Shown here piece by piece: positions 17,498 through 27,327 of a stretch of 53,745 nucleotides of DNA (positions are counted from its first letter, which is position 1; every line of letters starts with the position of its first letter). A program made the position numbers and the translations under genes. This stretch comes from a virus. Lineage: Duplodnaviria > Caudoviricetes. The stretch covers positions 1 through 53,745 of the IMG/VR virus record IMGVR_UViG_3300010400_000009, one strand, 5' to 3'. Below the pieces are notes generated by a model. That model saw nothing but the letters and a program-made list of their open reading frames with translations, was not told the origin of the DNA and ran no database searches.

Positions 17498-17644
17498 TTA
17501 ATTTTGCAATGAATTATGAAAATTTATTGCAAACCCAATAAGCCATACGGCTTTTTGAAATTGTGTAGCTGTATCAATAAAAATCAAAGCTAAACCGCAT
17601 GCAGTTGCACATATGCACGATATAAGAAATAATATTTTTGTCAT
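17498..17644 (-). CDS. Small hydrophobic protein, 48 aa (not in ORF track)
   Basis: MTKILFLISCICATACGLALIFID...; ATGA coupling to the upstream ORF. Confidence 0.5.
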   Translation of the reverse strand: MTKILFLISCICATACGLALIFIDTATQFQKAVWLIGFAINFHNSLQN

Positions 17645-17817
17645 AAAAAAGAATAAGTGAAATATTTAAGGTTGCATAAAACACAAATAAAAAATGTAAG
17701 AATTCCCGCTATAGCAGTTACTATAAATAGATTGCTCCGCTCCGCCTTGCCATTCAAAAAATTTAATATAAGAAAACTGCCCAACATTACATAAGCACTA
17801 ATTATTAGACACAGCAT
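17641..17817 (-). CDS. Small two-TM protein, 58 aa (not in ORF track)
   Basis: MLCLIISAYVMLGSFLILNFL...LFIVTAIAGILTFFICVL... Confidence 0.5.
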   Translation of the reverse strand: MLCLIISAYVMLGSFLILNFLNGKAERSNLFIVTAIAGILTFFICVLCNLKYFTYSFL

Positions 17818-18256
17818 TGTACTTGCTCCCGTATTTTTCTAACAGGCTATCTATATGCTTATTTATTGTATCTTTAAAATTTGCATTAAATTTTATAAAA
17901 TCAAATGTTTTAATATTTATATTTTCTACAATTTTAATAAGCGGTTCGCAACAGCCTATAGAAATTATTATCTTTTCGGGGTTACTGGAACTTACATCAA
18001 AATAAAATGTTAAGGTAAAATCCTTTTTAGTATGCAATTTTAGTTCTAGTTCATCTATATGCATATCTGAATAAGTAGACTTGCAATAATTAATATATGT
18101 ATGCGTTAGCTCATATTTGCTTAATACAGGGTGGCTTTTAAATAATTCTATATACTTATTTAAATTCTCTGATACTATGCTTATTGCTTCGTGATAATTA
18201 AACTTGATTGCACGCATTGTCTGCCTTACATTTAAATAATTGATTAATGAGTTCAT
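17798..18256 (-). CDS. Hypothetical protein, possible paralogue of 18198-18566
   Basis: Similar segments ELELKLH/CLELIFNFH and FNANFKDTINKHIDSL/FNNKAKNIINELINQL. Confidence 0.6.
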   Translation of the reverse strand: MNSLINYLNVRQTMRAIKFNYHEAISIVSENLNKYIELFKSHPVLSKYELTHTYINYCKSTYSDMHIDELELKLHTKKDFTLTFYFDVSSSNPEKIIISIGCCEPLIKIVENINIKTFDFIKFNANFKDTINKHIDSLLEKYGSKYNAVSNN

Positions 18257-18566
18257 TTATAATATTCTTAGCTTTATTATTAAAAGCTTTGTAAGCTACA
18301 GTGTCAAGGCGACCTACTGTTTTTGTTGTATTAAAATCAAGTATAAATACCAATAAATAATTATAATCAATTTTTATATTAATTTTTAATTTACTGGTGC
18401 TATGAAAATTAAAAATTAATTCTAAACAATCATCATCAATTAAATTTATGCTATATCTTGGTATACATTTATATAATTTTTTGATATTAGAATTTTTTAA
18501 TATTAATTCCTGAATTGCATTAATATTACTTTTTGTTATTTCATTTAATCCGTATTGATTTATCAT
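18198..18566 (-). CDS. Hypothetical protein
   Basis: First ORF of a very AT-rich leftward unit. Confidence 0.6.
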   Translation of the reverse strand: MINQYGLNEITKSNINAIQELILKNSNIKKLYKCIPRYSINLIDDDCLELIFNFHSTSKLKINIKIDYNYLLVFILDFNTTKTVGRLDTVAYKAFNNKAKNIINELINQLFKCKADNACNQV

Positions 18567-18824
18567 ATTTTAATACTATGTATGACTTTAAATTGCATTT
18601 TTTTCATTTTTAACACTTATTTTTATAGTAGAATATTTATACTTTAATAATTTATATATGTCAATTAATTTTTAATTAAAGACATAAAAAAATACGCTAA
18701 AACAACAGAATTAGCGTATTTAAAATAAAAAGACAAACATTTAAAAAAGATTAAAAATGTATTTGCATAAATACATTACATATGCATTATAGGTTAAATT
18801 TATTTATATTGCAATCGGGGCGGA

Positions 18825-18853
18825 TTGACACAAGAAAAACTACAATGTATTAT
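18825..18853 (+). promoter_or_regulatory. Sigma70 promoter
   Basis: TTGACA-17-TATTAT upstream of rusA. Confidence 0.65.
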
Positions 18854-18920
18854 TAAAAAATAAAAATATGAGACAAAACAAGTGAATAATGCAAATTATG
18901 CATAATTCACAAATATAAAA

Positions 18921-19304
18921 ATGATTATCTTAAAATTACCTATTCCGCCAAGTATTAATAAATATTATGGCACTAAAAATGATAAATCAAAATTTTTACT
19001 TGATGAAGTTAAGTTGTTTCGCTGGGAAACCCTTATCGAAGTAAAAAAATTGAAAATTAAGCCGCTTAATGGAAGTGTGCAATTGCGTATATTATTTGTA
19101 TTTAAAGATAAACGTAAGCATGATGTAGATAACCGCATAAAATCATTGCAAGACGCTTTACAGATAGCAGGATTATTTGCTGATGATGTACAGGTAAATA
19201 ATTCAAACTTAGCTAAAATGTATAAGAAAAGCGATAAAAGCTACGTTCTTGTACGTGTTGATAATTCCCAAAACATAATTAATGAGGATTGGATAAATGA
19301 TTAA
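18921..19304 (+). CDS. rusA: Holliday junction resolvase RusA
   Basis: LPIPPSINKYY; DKRKHDVDNRIKSLQDAL...DDVQV. Confidence 0.9.
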   Translation: MIILKLPIPPSINKYYGTKNDKSKFLLDEVKLFRWETLIEVKKLKIKPLNGSVQLRILFVFKDKRKHDVDNRIKSLQDALQIAGLFADDVQVNNSNLAKMYKKSDKSYVLVRVDNSQNIINEDWIND

Positions 19305-19758
19305 AAGATTAGCTTTAATTTGTGCATTTTTTGCACAAACTGCATTTGCTGCTGAATTTGTTAAAAATCACGACGGCGATACAATAAAGATAAGCGAGGC
19401 TGGGCAGATTGTAACTATTAGGCTTGAATATATAGACGCACCAGAACTTAAGCAAACTATGGGCAAGGAAGCAAAAGAGGCATTATATAATTTATGCAGT
19501 AAAGCAGATATTACTTATACGCAAAGCAATAAAAAAAGCTTTAATCGGGTAGTGAGTGAGTTATATTGTAATCATACAAATGTAAATCAATATCTAGTTA
19601 AAAATGGGTTTGCTATACTGGATTATAGGTATGCTAAAGGCAAGACTGATTATATAGCTTTAGAGAGTGAGGCGAAGCAAAATAGGCGTGGAGTATGGAA
19701 TATAGAGAATATGCATACCCCCAAAGAGTGCCGAACTGATAAAAAAATGTGCATGTAA
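19297..19758 (+). CDS. Secreted thermonuclease (SNase family)
   Basis: Signal peptide ending AFA; DGDT, IRLEYIDAPE, EAKQNRRGVW. Confidence 0.9.
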   Translation: MIKRLALICAFFAQTAFAAEFVKNHDGDTIKISEAGQIVTIRLEYIDAPELKQTMGKEAKEALYNLCSKADITYTQSNKKSFNRVVSELYCNHTNVNQYLVKNGFAILDYRYAKGKTDYIALESEAKQNRRGVWNIENMHTPKECRTDKKMCM

Positions 19759-19858
19759 ATATTTGTTGTATTTTTGATATATTTGTATAGTATCTATTTA
19801 TCTTTTTGCTACAGTGTATTAATATGAATTAAGACAAACGGCTTAAAGGTAATAAAAT

Positions 19859-20329
19859 ATGACTGCTGAAAATATAGATGTCGATTTCATTAAAAGACTT
19901 ATTCAAGATGAAATTAGCAAAATTCAATCAATTAATCAAGCTTGCACAATATCCAAAAACAAAAACAATACTCATCTTGCTATTGGTATTGCTTTTCTTG
20001 GCGTAATGTGTGCAGGCTCTATTGCTTTAATAAGCAATAATTCTAAACCGATAATAAAAGATGTTGTTTCTAATGCACCAGCTCAAAATAATAATTATTC
20101 TGAATATATTAATAAAAATCAAGAAAACACACAGAAATTTTATAAAATTGATAACAAGCCATTTAGTCGCAACTTCCCCGCTCCACCTGTTACTAGTGTT
20201 AAAAATGCAAAAATTTATTTAACTGATAGAAATAAATTACAACAGAAGGTAAAAAAAGCACAGCATGAAGATGAAATTAGTAAAATTGTAGCAGATAATC
20301 ATATTAAAAATATAATTAGGGGACAATAA
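19859..20329 (+). CDS. Hypothetical single-TM protein
   Basis: TM segment LAIGIAFLGVMCAGSIALI. Confidence 0.65.
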   Translation: MTAENIDVDFIKRLIQDEISKIQSINQACTISKNKNNTHLAIGIAFLGVMCAGSIALISNNSKPIIKDVVSNAPAQNNNYSEYINKNQENTQKFYKIDNKPFSRNFPAPPVTSVKNAKIYLTDRNKLQQKVKKAQHEDEISKIVADNHIKNIIRGQ

Positions 20330-20613
20330 TGTATCAAACTTTGAAAGCACAAGCAGAGGCTCTACTTTGCAGATTTAGAGATAAACAAACTGTATTAAAT
20401 GAAATAAATTACTATAAAAGTAATTGCACAGATACAGAGAAGGCAGGCGTTAGAATAGCAATATTATATGATGAATTAGATAAGATACAGTGCCAAGAAC
20501 GAGCAGTTGCATTAATTGAATTGGCAAATACGCAAGTGTTTTTTAATCATTTAAACCAAGCAAAAGCGTTTTATCAAAAAGCAATTTTAGTTTTAGAAAA
20601 TTTAAGGGCATAA
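20329..20613 (+). CDS. Hypothetical helical (TPR-like) protein
   Basis: Coupled ORF; AKAFYQKAI. Confidence 0.55.
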   Translation: MYQTLKAQAEALLCRFRDKQTVLNEINYYKSNCTDTEKAGVRIAILYDELDKIQCQERAVALIELANTQVFFNHLNQAKAFYQKAILVLENLRA

Positions 20614-20634
20614 TTTGCAGATAATTATTTATGA

Positions 20635-20650
20635 TGTTTCACGTGAAACA
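20635..20650. promoter_or_regulatory. parS: parS consensus site 2
   Basis: TGTTTCACGTGAAACA within a 24-bp perfect palindrome (20631-20654) between convergent genes. Confidence 0.85.
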
Positions 20651-20660
20651 TCATTTTATT

Positions 20661-21347
20661 TTATAAGTTTTCTTTAAAGAATGGGATAAACCCGCCTTGT
20701 ATTGTATAAGGTACTGGAGTTAAAGCATCGCCTTGAATATCACAACCATTTAATTTAGTAATGTTTTTATACCAAGTATGCTTAAATTCATTATGTATTT
20801 TTTTAGTTTCTACAATTAAATGAAATCCGCCACGAGTAACCAATATTTTACATGCCTCTTGATTAATAAAACTATATATATCATTTAGCACACTCATATC
20901 TTTTGTGTCGAAATCAATATCTACAAAATGCTTAGTGCCAATAGATTTTTGTACTTCGCTCATTACCTCAAAATGCGGATTAAAGCCATTGTAATGCATT
21001 AAAGATAAGTCTACTAATTTATGTATTGCTTGCTTGTTAGCTTTGATTAAGTCTCTAGGGTTTAAGTTTATATATAAAGCTATAGCCTCCTGCGGTACAA
21101 TTAAATCACGCCGCATATACGAACCAAGAGGGCATTCTAATTGCTTAATTTTATTAAATATATTCTCTTTTTTGCATGTAAAACGTGCAAGTTGGTATTT
21201 ATCTGTTTTTACATTGGCAAGTTCGGGAAAGTATTTGCCACGAGCCAATAAAGCTATGTAATATACTTCATGCGGTTTTAATTCGGGTAGCCATTCAATA
21301 AATTTAATTAGATTTTGCTCATCTGAAATAATTTTATAATTAATCAT
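20661..21347 (-). CDS. Hypothetical protein with AEP/primase-polymerase-like motifs
   Basis: FVDIDFD and VTRGGFHLIV. Confidence 0.45.
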   Translation of the reverse strand: MINYKIISDEQNLIKFIEWLPELKPHEVYYIALLARGKYFPELANVKTDKYQLARFTCKKENIFNKIKQLECPLGSYMRRDLIVPQEAIALYINLNPRDLIKANKQAIHKLVDLSLMHYNGFNPHFEVMSEVQKSIGTKHFVDIDFDTKDMSVLNDIYSFINQEACKILVTRGGFHLIVETKKIHNEFKHTWYKNITKLNGCDIQGDALTPVPYTIQGGFIPFFKENL

Positions 21348-21353
21348 ATTTTT

Positions 21354-21563
21354 TTAATCTTTTTTAATAATATCATAAATTGTTATATTATTTATCCTTT
21401 CTCCCCTTGGCTTTATCCATCTACGACGTTTTAATTCATTGATACATAAATGTACTGTACTACGTGCAAGATTTAATTTCTCGGATATATCTACGACGCT
21501 CATACTGCTATTCTGTTTGAGTAATTCAAACACGTCATTTAAATTTGGTTCTCTACTTCTCAT
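21354..21563 (-). CDS. Small winged-HTH transcription regulator
   Basis: MSVVDISEKLNLARSTVHLCINELKRRRWI. Confidence 0.8.
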   Translation of the reverse strand: MRSREPNLNDVFELLKQNSSMSVVDISEKLNLARSTVHLCINELKRRRWIKPRGERINNITIYDIIKKD

Positions 21564-21592
21564 AATGCAATGTCTTTTATTGTTTTAATCCG

Positions 21593-21655
21593 ATTGTACT
21601 ATAAATAAGACACAAAAGCAAAATAGTTGCAATTCTTATTCATACAGTGTATGAT
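21593..21655. promoter_or_regulatory. Back-to-back divergent sigma70 promoters with operator
   Basis: Leftward TTGCTT-17-TACAAT (21593-21621); rightward TTGCAA-17-TATGAT (21627-21655); TCATACA-g-TGTATGA at 21640-21654. Confidence 0.65.
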
Positions 21656-21875
21656 TAAATGATACCCGTTCTTTAAAAGTTAGCTATAAAAATAAAGATT
21701 TTTATTAAGACAACCGTACAATAAAATACGCATGTTTTCTTAAGTTTTTTAATCAAATTATGCCGAACTTGTAAATAAAGTTTGCAAGTTCGACAATAAG
21801 TAATTAATGATAAACATATTTAATGGTATGTTTATTTTTGATTTACTTAACCAATTAAAAACATGAGGGCAAACC

Positions 21876-22139
21876 ATGGAATTTGATTATAGCGATAGTG
21901 AATTTTTATCACGAAAAAAACAAGTAGAGAGCTTATTGAATAATAAGTATCACTGCTCTTTAAAAGATTTACACGTATTTAATAATGATTTACAGGATAA
22001 AAGAGATAGCACTCAATTATTCTTTGACATTGGTAAAAATACCGACATTTTTATTGACGTAAGACGTGGCGAAAATTTAGAGGTAGGCGAATTTAGAATT
22101 GTAAATCATATTTACGAAAATTTAATATTAAAAAGTTAG
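21876..22139 (+). CDS. Hypothetical protein
   Basis: RBS GAGG; first ORF of the rightward early operon. Confidence 0.65.
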   Translation: MEFDYSDSEFLSRKKQVESLLNNKYHCSLKDLHVFNNDLQDKRDSTQLFFDIGKNTDIFIDVRRGENLEVGEFRIVNHIYENLILKS

Positions 22140-22146
22140 GGTTATT

Positions 22147-22350
22147 ATGAATAAAGCTATAAAAATTATAGAAGCAGTTAAATTATTAATTAGTTTAAAT
22201 ATTGGTGGAATTAGCTTAAATGTTCCCTGCACTTATGCTGATTTTATGCGGATTAAAAAGTATTTAATGGATATAAAACAATCCGCTTTAAAATGCGAAC
22301 ATGTGTACATAAAAGATGTTGGTTTTTTAAAAGTTAGTAAGGAATATTAA
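22147..22350 (+). CDS. Hypothetical protein
   Basis: ORF in operon with RBS. Confidence 0.55.
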   Translation: MNKAIKIIEAVKLLISLNIGGISLNVPCTYADFMRIKKYLMDIKQSALKCEHVYIKDVGFLKVSKEY

Positions 22351-22469
22351 TAATATGCATGAAACATTTAAGGAATATTACTACCGCATAAATAACTGCT
22401 GCTTAGAAAGTAAATATATATTTGGCTGTAGCAAGCGAATAGCAGTAAAAGAATTTTTTAAATTAAAAA

Positions 22470-22485
22470 TGTTTCACGTGAAACA
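22470..22485. promoter_or_regulatory. parS: parS consensus site 3
   Basis: TGTTTCACGTGAAACA just before the RBS of ORF 22500. Confidence 0.85.
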
Positions 22486-22499
22486 CTAAAGAGGCAAAC

Positions 22500-22685
22500 A
22501 TGAATAAAAATACTGATGAAATTATAAAATACGCAGTTTCTAAAAGAGATATATTAACTGTTTTGAAAAACGAAAACTTGGCAAATAGTGGTGCGTTAAA
22601 TGAATATTATATGCTTTGTGGGCAGATTTCTGCTCTAAATGCATTAATTGATTTTTTTTATAACAAAGATAATATGGAGGCATAA
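22500..22685 (+). CDS. Hypothetical protein
   Basis: RBS GAGG. Confidence 0.6.
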   Translation: MNKNTDEIIKYAVSKRDILTVLKNENLANSGALNEYYMLCGQISALNALIDFFYNKDNMEA

Positions 22686-22686
22686 A

Positions 22687-23253
22687 ATGGCTGAAAATAC
22701 AAACAATACAAATAATACTCAAACTACTTTAACTCACTGGAAAAAATTAACAAACCCCGATTATTTAGGGGCGTATGACTTCCAACCAAACGAGGAAAGA
22801 ATACTAACTGTTAGAAATGTGAAGTTAGAATTAGTTATGGGTAGCTCGGGCAAAAAAGAAAACTGCACAGTGGTTTATTTTAGGGAAAAAAGCAAACCGA
22901 TGATACTAAACGCCACTAATGCAAAAATGTTGCAATTCTTGGCTGGTACGGCTTATATAGAGCAATGGGGCGGGGTACAAATTAAATTAATTGTACAAAG
23001 AGTAGCGGCCTTCGGCGAAATGGTAGACGCATTAAGAATTAAAAAAGAAAAAATACAGCAGGAAAAACAACAACAAGCTAAGCCTATATTAATTTTAGGT
23101 TCTAATAATTTTCAAGCTTGCAAAAATGCTTATATACAAAATCCAGCAAATTTAGACAAAATATTAATTAAATATAATGTAAGCGATGAAGTTTTAGCGG
23201 CCATTAAAAATATAGAAACAAACACAAACGAGGCAAACAATGAAGCAGTTTAA
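22687..23253 (+). CDS. Putative recombination/ssDNA-annealing protein (start reassigned to 22687)
   Basis: THWKKLTNPDYLGAYD and KPMILNATN; upstream of an exonuclease and SSB; GGAGG RBS. Confidence 0.5.
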   Translation: MAENTNNTNNTQTTLTHWKKLTNPDYLGAYDFQPNEERILTVRNVKLELVMGSSGKKENCTVVYFREKSKPMILNATNAKMLQFLAGTAYIEQWGGVQIKLIVQRVAAFGEMVDALRIKKEKIQQEKQQQAKPILILGSNNFQACKNAYIQNPANLDKILIKYNVSDEVLAAIKNIETNTNEANNEAV

Positions 23254-23866
23254 AATTAGATGTTCCCAAATTGGTAAAATTATGGGCAATGGCAAAGGCG
23301 GAGAATTAAGCCAAACCTGCAAAACTTACCTTCATGAATGGTATGCAGAGGATAACGAGCCTATCCATTCAAAATATTTAGATAAAGGCATATGGGTTGA
23401 AAATGACTTAATTGATTTCGCAGTGGAGCAGTTAGGGTATGGTATTGGCAGTAAAAATATGTTTAGTGCTGAAAATGATTATATAACAGGTACTTGCGAT
23501 GTATTGTTTGATGATTGTGTAATAGATACTAAGGCTTGCTGGGATAGAAAAAGTTTACACGATATAGCAACTTCTAAAATAGATAGTGATTACGAGTGGC
23601 AGGTTTTAGGTTATTTAGAAATTTATAACCGCAAAAAAGGTATAGTATTCCATGGTTTGCTAAATACGCCAGCAGAAATAAATTACGGTTTAGAAATGGT
23701 ATTTGAGGGCGAAGGCGACCAAGATAAAGAGCGTCGCTGGGTTGGTTTTAATGTGCCGTATAATCCTGAAAAAATACAACAAATTTATGCGAAAGTAGAT
23801 GAATGCAGAAAATATCTAGCCGAATATGATAATCTCATAAAATCAAAATTAGGCAAGGTTTTATAA
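23240..23866 (+). CDS. YqaJ/lambda-exonuclease-like PD-(D/E)xK nuclease
   Basis: IRCSQIG, KG...E, TGTCD...IDTKACW, YEWQVLGY. Confidence 0.8.
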   Translation: MKQFKIRCSQIGKIMGNGKGGELSQTCKTYLHEWYAEDNEPIHSKYLDKGIWVENDLIDFAVEQLGYGIGSKNMFSAENDYITGTCDVLFDDCVIDTKACWDRKSLHDIATSKIDSDYEWQVLGYLEIYNRKKGIVFHGLLNTPAEINYGLEMVFEGEGDQDKERRWVGFNVPYNPEKIQQIYAKVDECRKYLAEYDNLIKSKLGKVL

Positions 23867-23867
23867 A

Positions 23868-24056
23868 ATGATTTTAATTCAAGAAAAAACAAAAAATAAT
23901 GTTTTGCATGAATTAATCTTAGACGCAACTAAAAAGTTGCATACATCAATTTATGTAACAGTATTTCATGTGCCTACACAACAAATACATGAATATAAAC
24001 CATTTAAAACAATTGAGGAGGCGAAAGCCTTCTTATTAAACTGGGGCGATAAATGA
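23868..24056 (+). CDS. Hypothetical protein
   Basis: Coupled ORF; FKTIEEAKAF. Confidence 0.55.
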   Translation: MILIQEKTKNNVLHELILDATKKLHTSIYVTVFHVPTQQIHEYKPFKTIEEAKAFLLNWGDK

Positions 24057-24159
24057 ATAATGAAATATTATTTATAGTATTAGACATTTTGTGGAAAATG
24101 TTTGTTGGTTTTTGTATTGGTTATACAATTAGAGGTTTATTTTTTTAAGGAGTAAAAAT

Positions 24160-24687
24160 ATGTCTGTAAATAAAGTGATTTTAGTCGGTAATTTAGGAGC
24201 TGACCCTGATGTAAAGTACACAGCACACGGCGACGCAGTAGTTACGCTATCAATTGCAACATCAGAAACTAGGAAGGATAAACAAAGCGGGGAAAAGAAA
24301 ACAGCTACAGAATGGCATAGAGTTGTATTTTTTGGTGACCTAGCTGAAATTTGTAATAAATGGCTTAAAAAAGGTTCGCAGATTTATATTGAAGGTAAAT
24401 TGCGTACAAAAAAATGGCAAGACCAACAGGGCAACGATAGATATACAACTGAAATTTTAGCCGATACTATGCGTATGCTGGGCGGCAATAAAGATAAAAA
24501 TAATCAAGTTGGCACTAGTTATGATGATGAAAACCATTACAACGATAACCGCCAACAACCAACGCCAAACAATGCATATAAAAATAAGGATAGTTACGAG
24601 AAAGCCAAACAAAATGTTGATTATTCTACTAAGCCAATTGTTACTGACGGCAGTTCTGCTTTTGATGACGATGATATTCCATTTTAA
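24160..24687 (+). CDS. ssb: Single-stranded DNA-binding protein
   Basis: [21 protein letters not shown] and C-terminal DDDDIPF. Confidence 0.97.
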   Translation: MSVNKVILVGNLGADPDVKYTAHGDAVVTLSIATSETRKDKQSGEKKTATEWHRVVFFGDLAEICNKWLKKGSQIYIEGKLRTKKWQDQQGNDRYTTEILADTMRMLGGNKDKNNQVGTSYDDENHYNDNRQQPTPNNAYKNKDSYEKAKQNVDYSTKPIVTDGSSAFDDDDIPF

Positions 24688-24705
24688 AAAAGTTAAATAA
24701 TAACC

Positions 24706-24730
24706 AAGCCCATTTTTATGGGCTTTTTTT
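24706..24730 (+). terminator. Rho-independent terminator after ssb
   Basis: AAGCCCA-ttttta-TGGGCTT followed by a T-run. Confidence 0.75.
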
Positions 24731-24851
24731 ATAAGACAAACAATCATGCTGAATAAAATAAATATTAAAACTATATATCCGCCTCCCAAAGAATTAAGGC
24801 GGGTTATTTATAAAACAAAGCTTAAACATATTAAAAAATAGAGACATACAA

Positions 24852-25796
24852 ATGATAATACTTAGTTTGTTTGACGGCATATCATGTGCTAGGGTTGCTT
24901 TAGAGCGTGCAAAAATCCCAATTACCGCATATTATGCAAGCGAGATAGATAAGTACGCTTTGCAGGTATCAGAGAAAAATTACCCTGATATTAAAAGGTT
25001 AGGCGATGTTACCAAAATATTAGCAGGCGATATAAATACTTTATTTAAACCTGATTTATTAATCGGCGGTTCGCCTTGTCAAAATTTAAGTGTGGCGGGT
25101 AATGGCATGGGACTTTTAGGCGAAAAATCAATACTATTTTATGAATATGTACGTATTTTACTTTTCACTAAACCAAAGTATTTTATTTTGGAAAATGTAG
25201 CCTCTATGAAGCCAGCAGATAAAAATAAAATATCGGAAGTACTAGGGATTGAAGCCATAATGTTAGACGCAAGTTTAGTTTCGGCACAGAGCCGTAAAAG
25301 GCTGTTCTGGGTTGGTATTTTAGAGGGCGATAAATATATTAAAGCTGATATTTCTATTCCAAAAGATAGAAATATTTATTTAAAAGATATAATCGAAAGC
25401 GGGGAGGTTGATAGGTTAAAATCTTATTGCTTAGACGCTTCTTATTATAAAGGAGCTAGCTGGAAACAATATAAAGAAAGGGGGAGCAGGCAGCTTGTAA
25501 AATTAGGGCATGTAAATAATTCAGATAGCCAAGGTAACCGTATTTACGATTTTAGCGGTAAAAGTGCAACACTACAATCTGCTTCGGGTGGATTAGGTGC
25601 AAAATGCGGATTATACACAGATAGTACAAGCAATGATAATATTATACGCAAACTAACGCCTACAGAATGCGAAACCCTAATGGGATTAGAGAAGGGATAT
25701 ACAAGCGGTATAAGCGATACCCAGCGTTATAAATGCATTGGTAACGCTTTTCATGTAGATATTATAAGTCATATTTTAAAGGAGCTAATTAAATGA
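24852..25796 (+). CDS. DNA (cytosine-5) methyltransferase
   Basis: LSLFDG, GGSPCQ, ENV, QSRKR, RKLTPTEC, GNA. Confidence 0.95.
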   Translation: MIILSLFDGISCARVALERAKIPITAYYASEIDKYALQVSEKNYPDIKRLGDVTKILAGDINTLFKPDLLIGGSPCQNLSVAGNGMGLLGEKSILFYEYVRILLFTKPKYFILENVASMKPADKNKISEVLGIEAIMLDASLVSAQSRKRLFWVGILEGDKYIKADISIPKDRNIYLKDIIESGEVDRLKSYCLDASYYKGASWKQYKERGSRQLVKLGHVNNSDSQGNRIYDFSGKSATLQSASGGLGAKCGLYTDSTSNDNIIRKLTPTECETLMGLEKGYTSGISDTQRYKCIGNAFHVDIISHILKELIK

Positions 25797-25993
25797 AGTT
25801 TGACAAAAAAGCAGAAAATGCAATGCGATTATTAAGCCAGTGGTCGATGATTGGATTATGTGCATTCATGCTTATTACAATGGTTTTATTATCGGCATTT
25901 GCAATTTTTGCAATATATAAATATATGTTTTTCAATATATAAAATTAATTTATGTATGACAAAAAATACCATACATTAAAAAGGAGCAATAAA

Positions 25994-26626
25994 ATGGGTA
26001 GAGAAATAAGACGAGTGCCTGCTAATTGGCAGCACCCGAAATACATTAGAGAGACATATAGCGGTTATATATTATGTTATAAAGCAATGTGCCAATGGTC
26101 GTATGATGAAGCTATAGAAAGTTATAAAAATCAAATAGAGGAATTTAAAGAAGCCTACAATTTGTATAAAAATGGTTTTATCATGTTTGAAAATCATTGT
26201 GTAACTATAAAGGATTATTGCCAAAAATATATAGATAAATATTTAAAGCCTGCTGATAAAAAATTTAGTGCATACGAGAAGTGCTGGTTAGTTATGGAAC
26301 ATGGGCTTGAAACTGGTACATTAGATATTGAATATATATTTAATATACCAAAATATCCCGACCCGCAACGTTATATGCCAACTGGCGAATGGTATCAATT
26401 GTATGAAACTGTAAGCGAAGGCACGCCATTAAGCCCGCCTTTTGAAACTGCCGACCAGCTTATAGATTGGCTTAGTAATAATTTAGATTATAGAGGCACG
26501 CAATGGAGCAGGGAGGCGGCTACAAATATTTTAAAAGTCGGGTTTGCGGTTAGCCTGATAGTAAATAATGGCGAAATGTATACGCCTGAACAACAACATT
26601 TAATTAAAGAGGCTCAAAATGATTGA
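25994..26626 (+). CDS. Conserved phage hypothetical protein (start reassigned to 25994)
   Basis: MGREIRRVPANWQHP and YQLYETVSEGTPLSPPF; AAGGAG RBS. Confidence 0.7.
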   Translation: MGREIRRVPANWQHPKYIRETYSGYILCYKAMCQWSYDEAIESYKNQIEEFKEAYNLYKNGFIMFENHCVTIKDYCQKYIDKYLKPADKKFSAYEKCWLVMEHGLETGTLDIEYIFNIPKYPDPQRYMPTGEWYQLYETVSEGTPLSPPFETADQLIDWLSNNLDYRGTQWSREAATNILKVGFAVSLIVNNGEMYTPEQQHLIKEAQND

Positions 26627-27323
26627 AAATATAGCAGTTGGCATTGACTTTGAAACTACGGGATTAGATGAAAATAGCCAAATTATAGAGTATGCTTTAG
26701 TTCGCTACTGCACCAAAACAAGCAAGATTATTACTTGCTTATCAAATTTAGTTAATCCTTGTATAGAAATACCACAAGAAGCACAAGAGCTTACAGGCAT
26801 AACTCAAGACATAGTTGAGAGTTATGCAATTTCTTTAGAAACGGCTACTACTCATATTAGTAGCTTTTTATCAAAAGCGACTTATTTAATAGCTCACAAT
26901 GCAGAATTTGAACTATCTTATTTAAATAAATTAAATATTGATTTATCACATTTGCAAATTGTAGATACGATGAAAGATATTGATTATCCAAGCAATATGA
27001 AACATAGAGACCTAGACCGCCTAGCACTTTATCATAAATGCCCAAATTTTGCAGCACATAGAGCATTGCCTGATACGTTAGCTATGATGAATATTCTAGC
27101 TCAATATAATTTTAGTGATGTATTAGCATATAAAGCTATATCAAATATTAAAATAATTTCTTTGGCTGGTTTTGATAAAAAAGACTTAGTTAAAAGCTTA
27201 GGGTTTAGCTGGGACGCTACTTTAAAATATTGGTACATGGATTGCAAAGAAAATAAAGCAGAAAATGTATTTGAATTATTATTGACTAATAATATTAAAT
27301 ACCAAATTTATACTAAGGAGTAA
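26619..27323 (+). CDS. DEDDh 3'-5' exonuclease (DnaQ-like) with small C-terminal domain
   Basis: DFETTG, AHNAEFE, HRALPD; C-terminal KDLVKSLGFSWD...WY. Confidence 0.9.
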   Translation: MIENIAVGIDFETTGLDENSQIIEYALVRYCTKTSKIITCLSNLVNPCIEIPQEAQELTGITQDIVESYAISLETATTHISSFLSKATYLIAHNAEFELSYLNKLNIDLSHLQIVDTMKDIDYPSNMKHRDLDRLALYHKCPNFAAHRALPDTLAMMNILAQYNFSDVLAYKAISNIKIISLAGFDKKDLVKSLGFSWDATLKYWYMDCKENKAENVFELLLTNNIKYQIYTKE

Positions 27324-27327
27324 AAAC

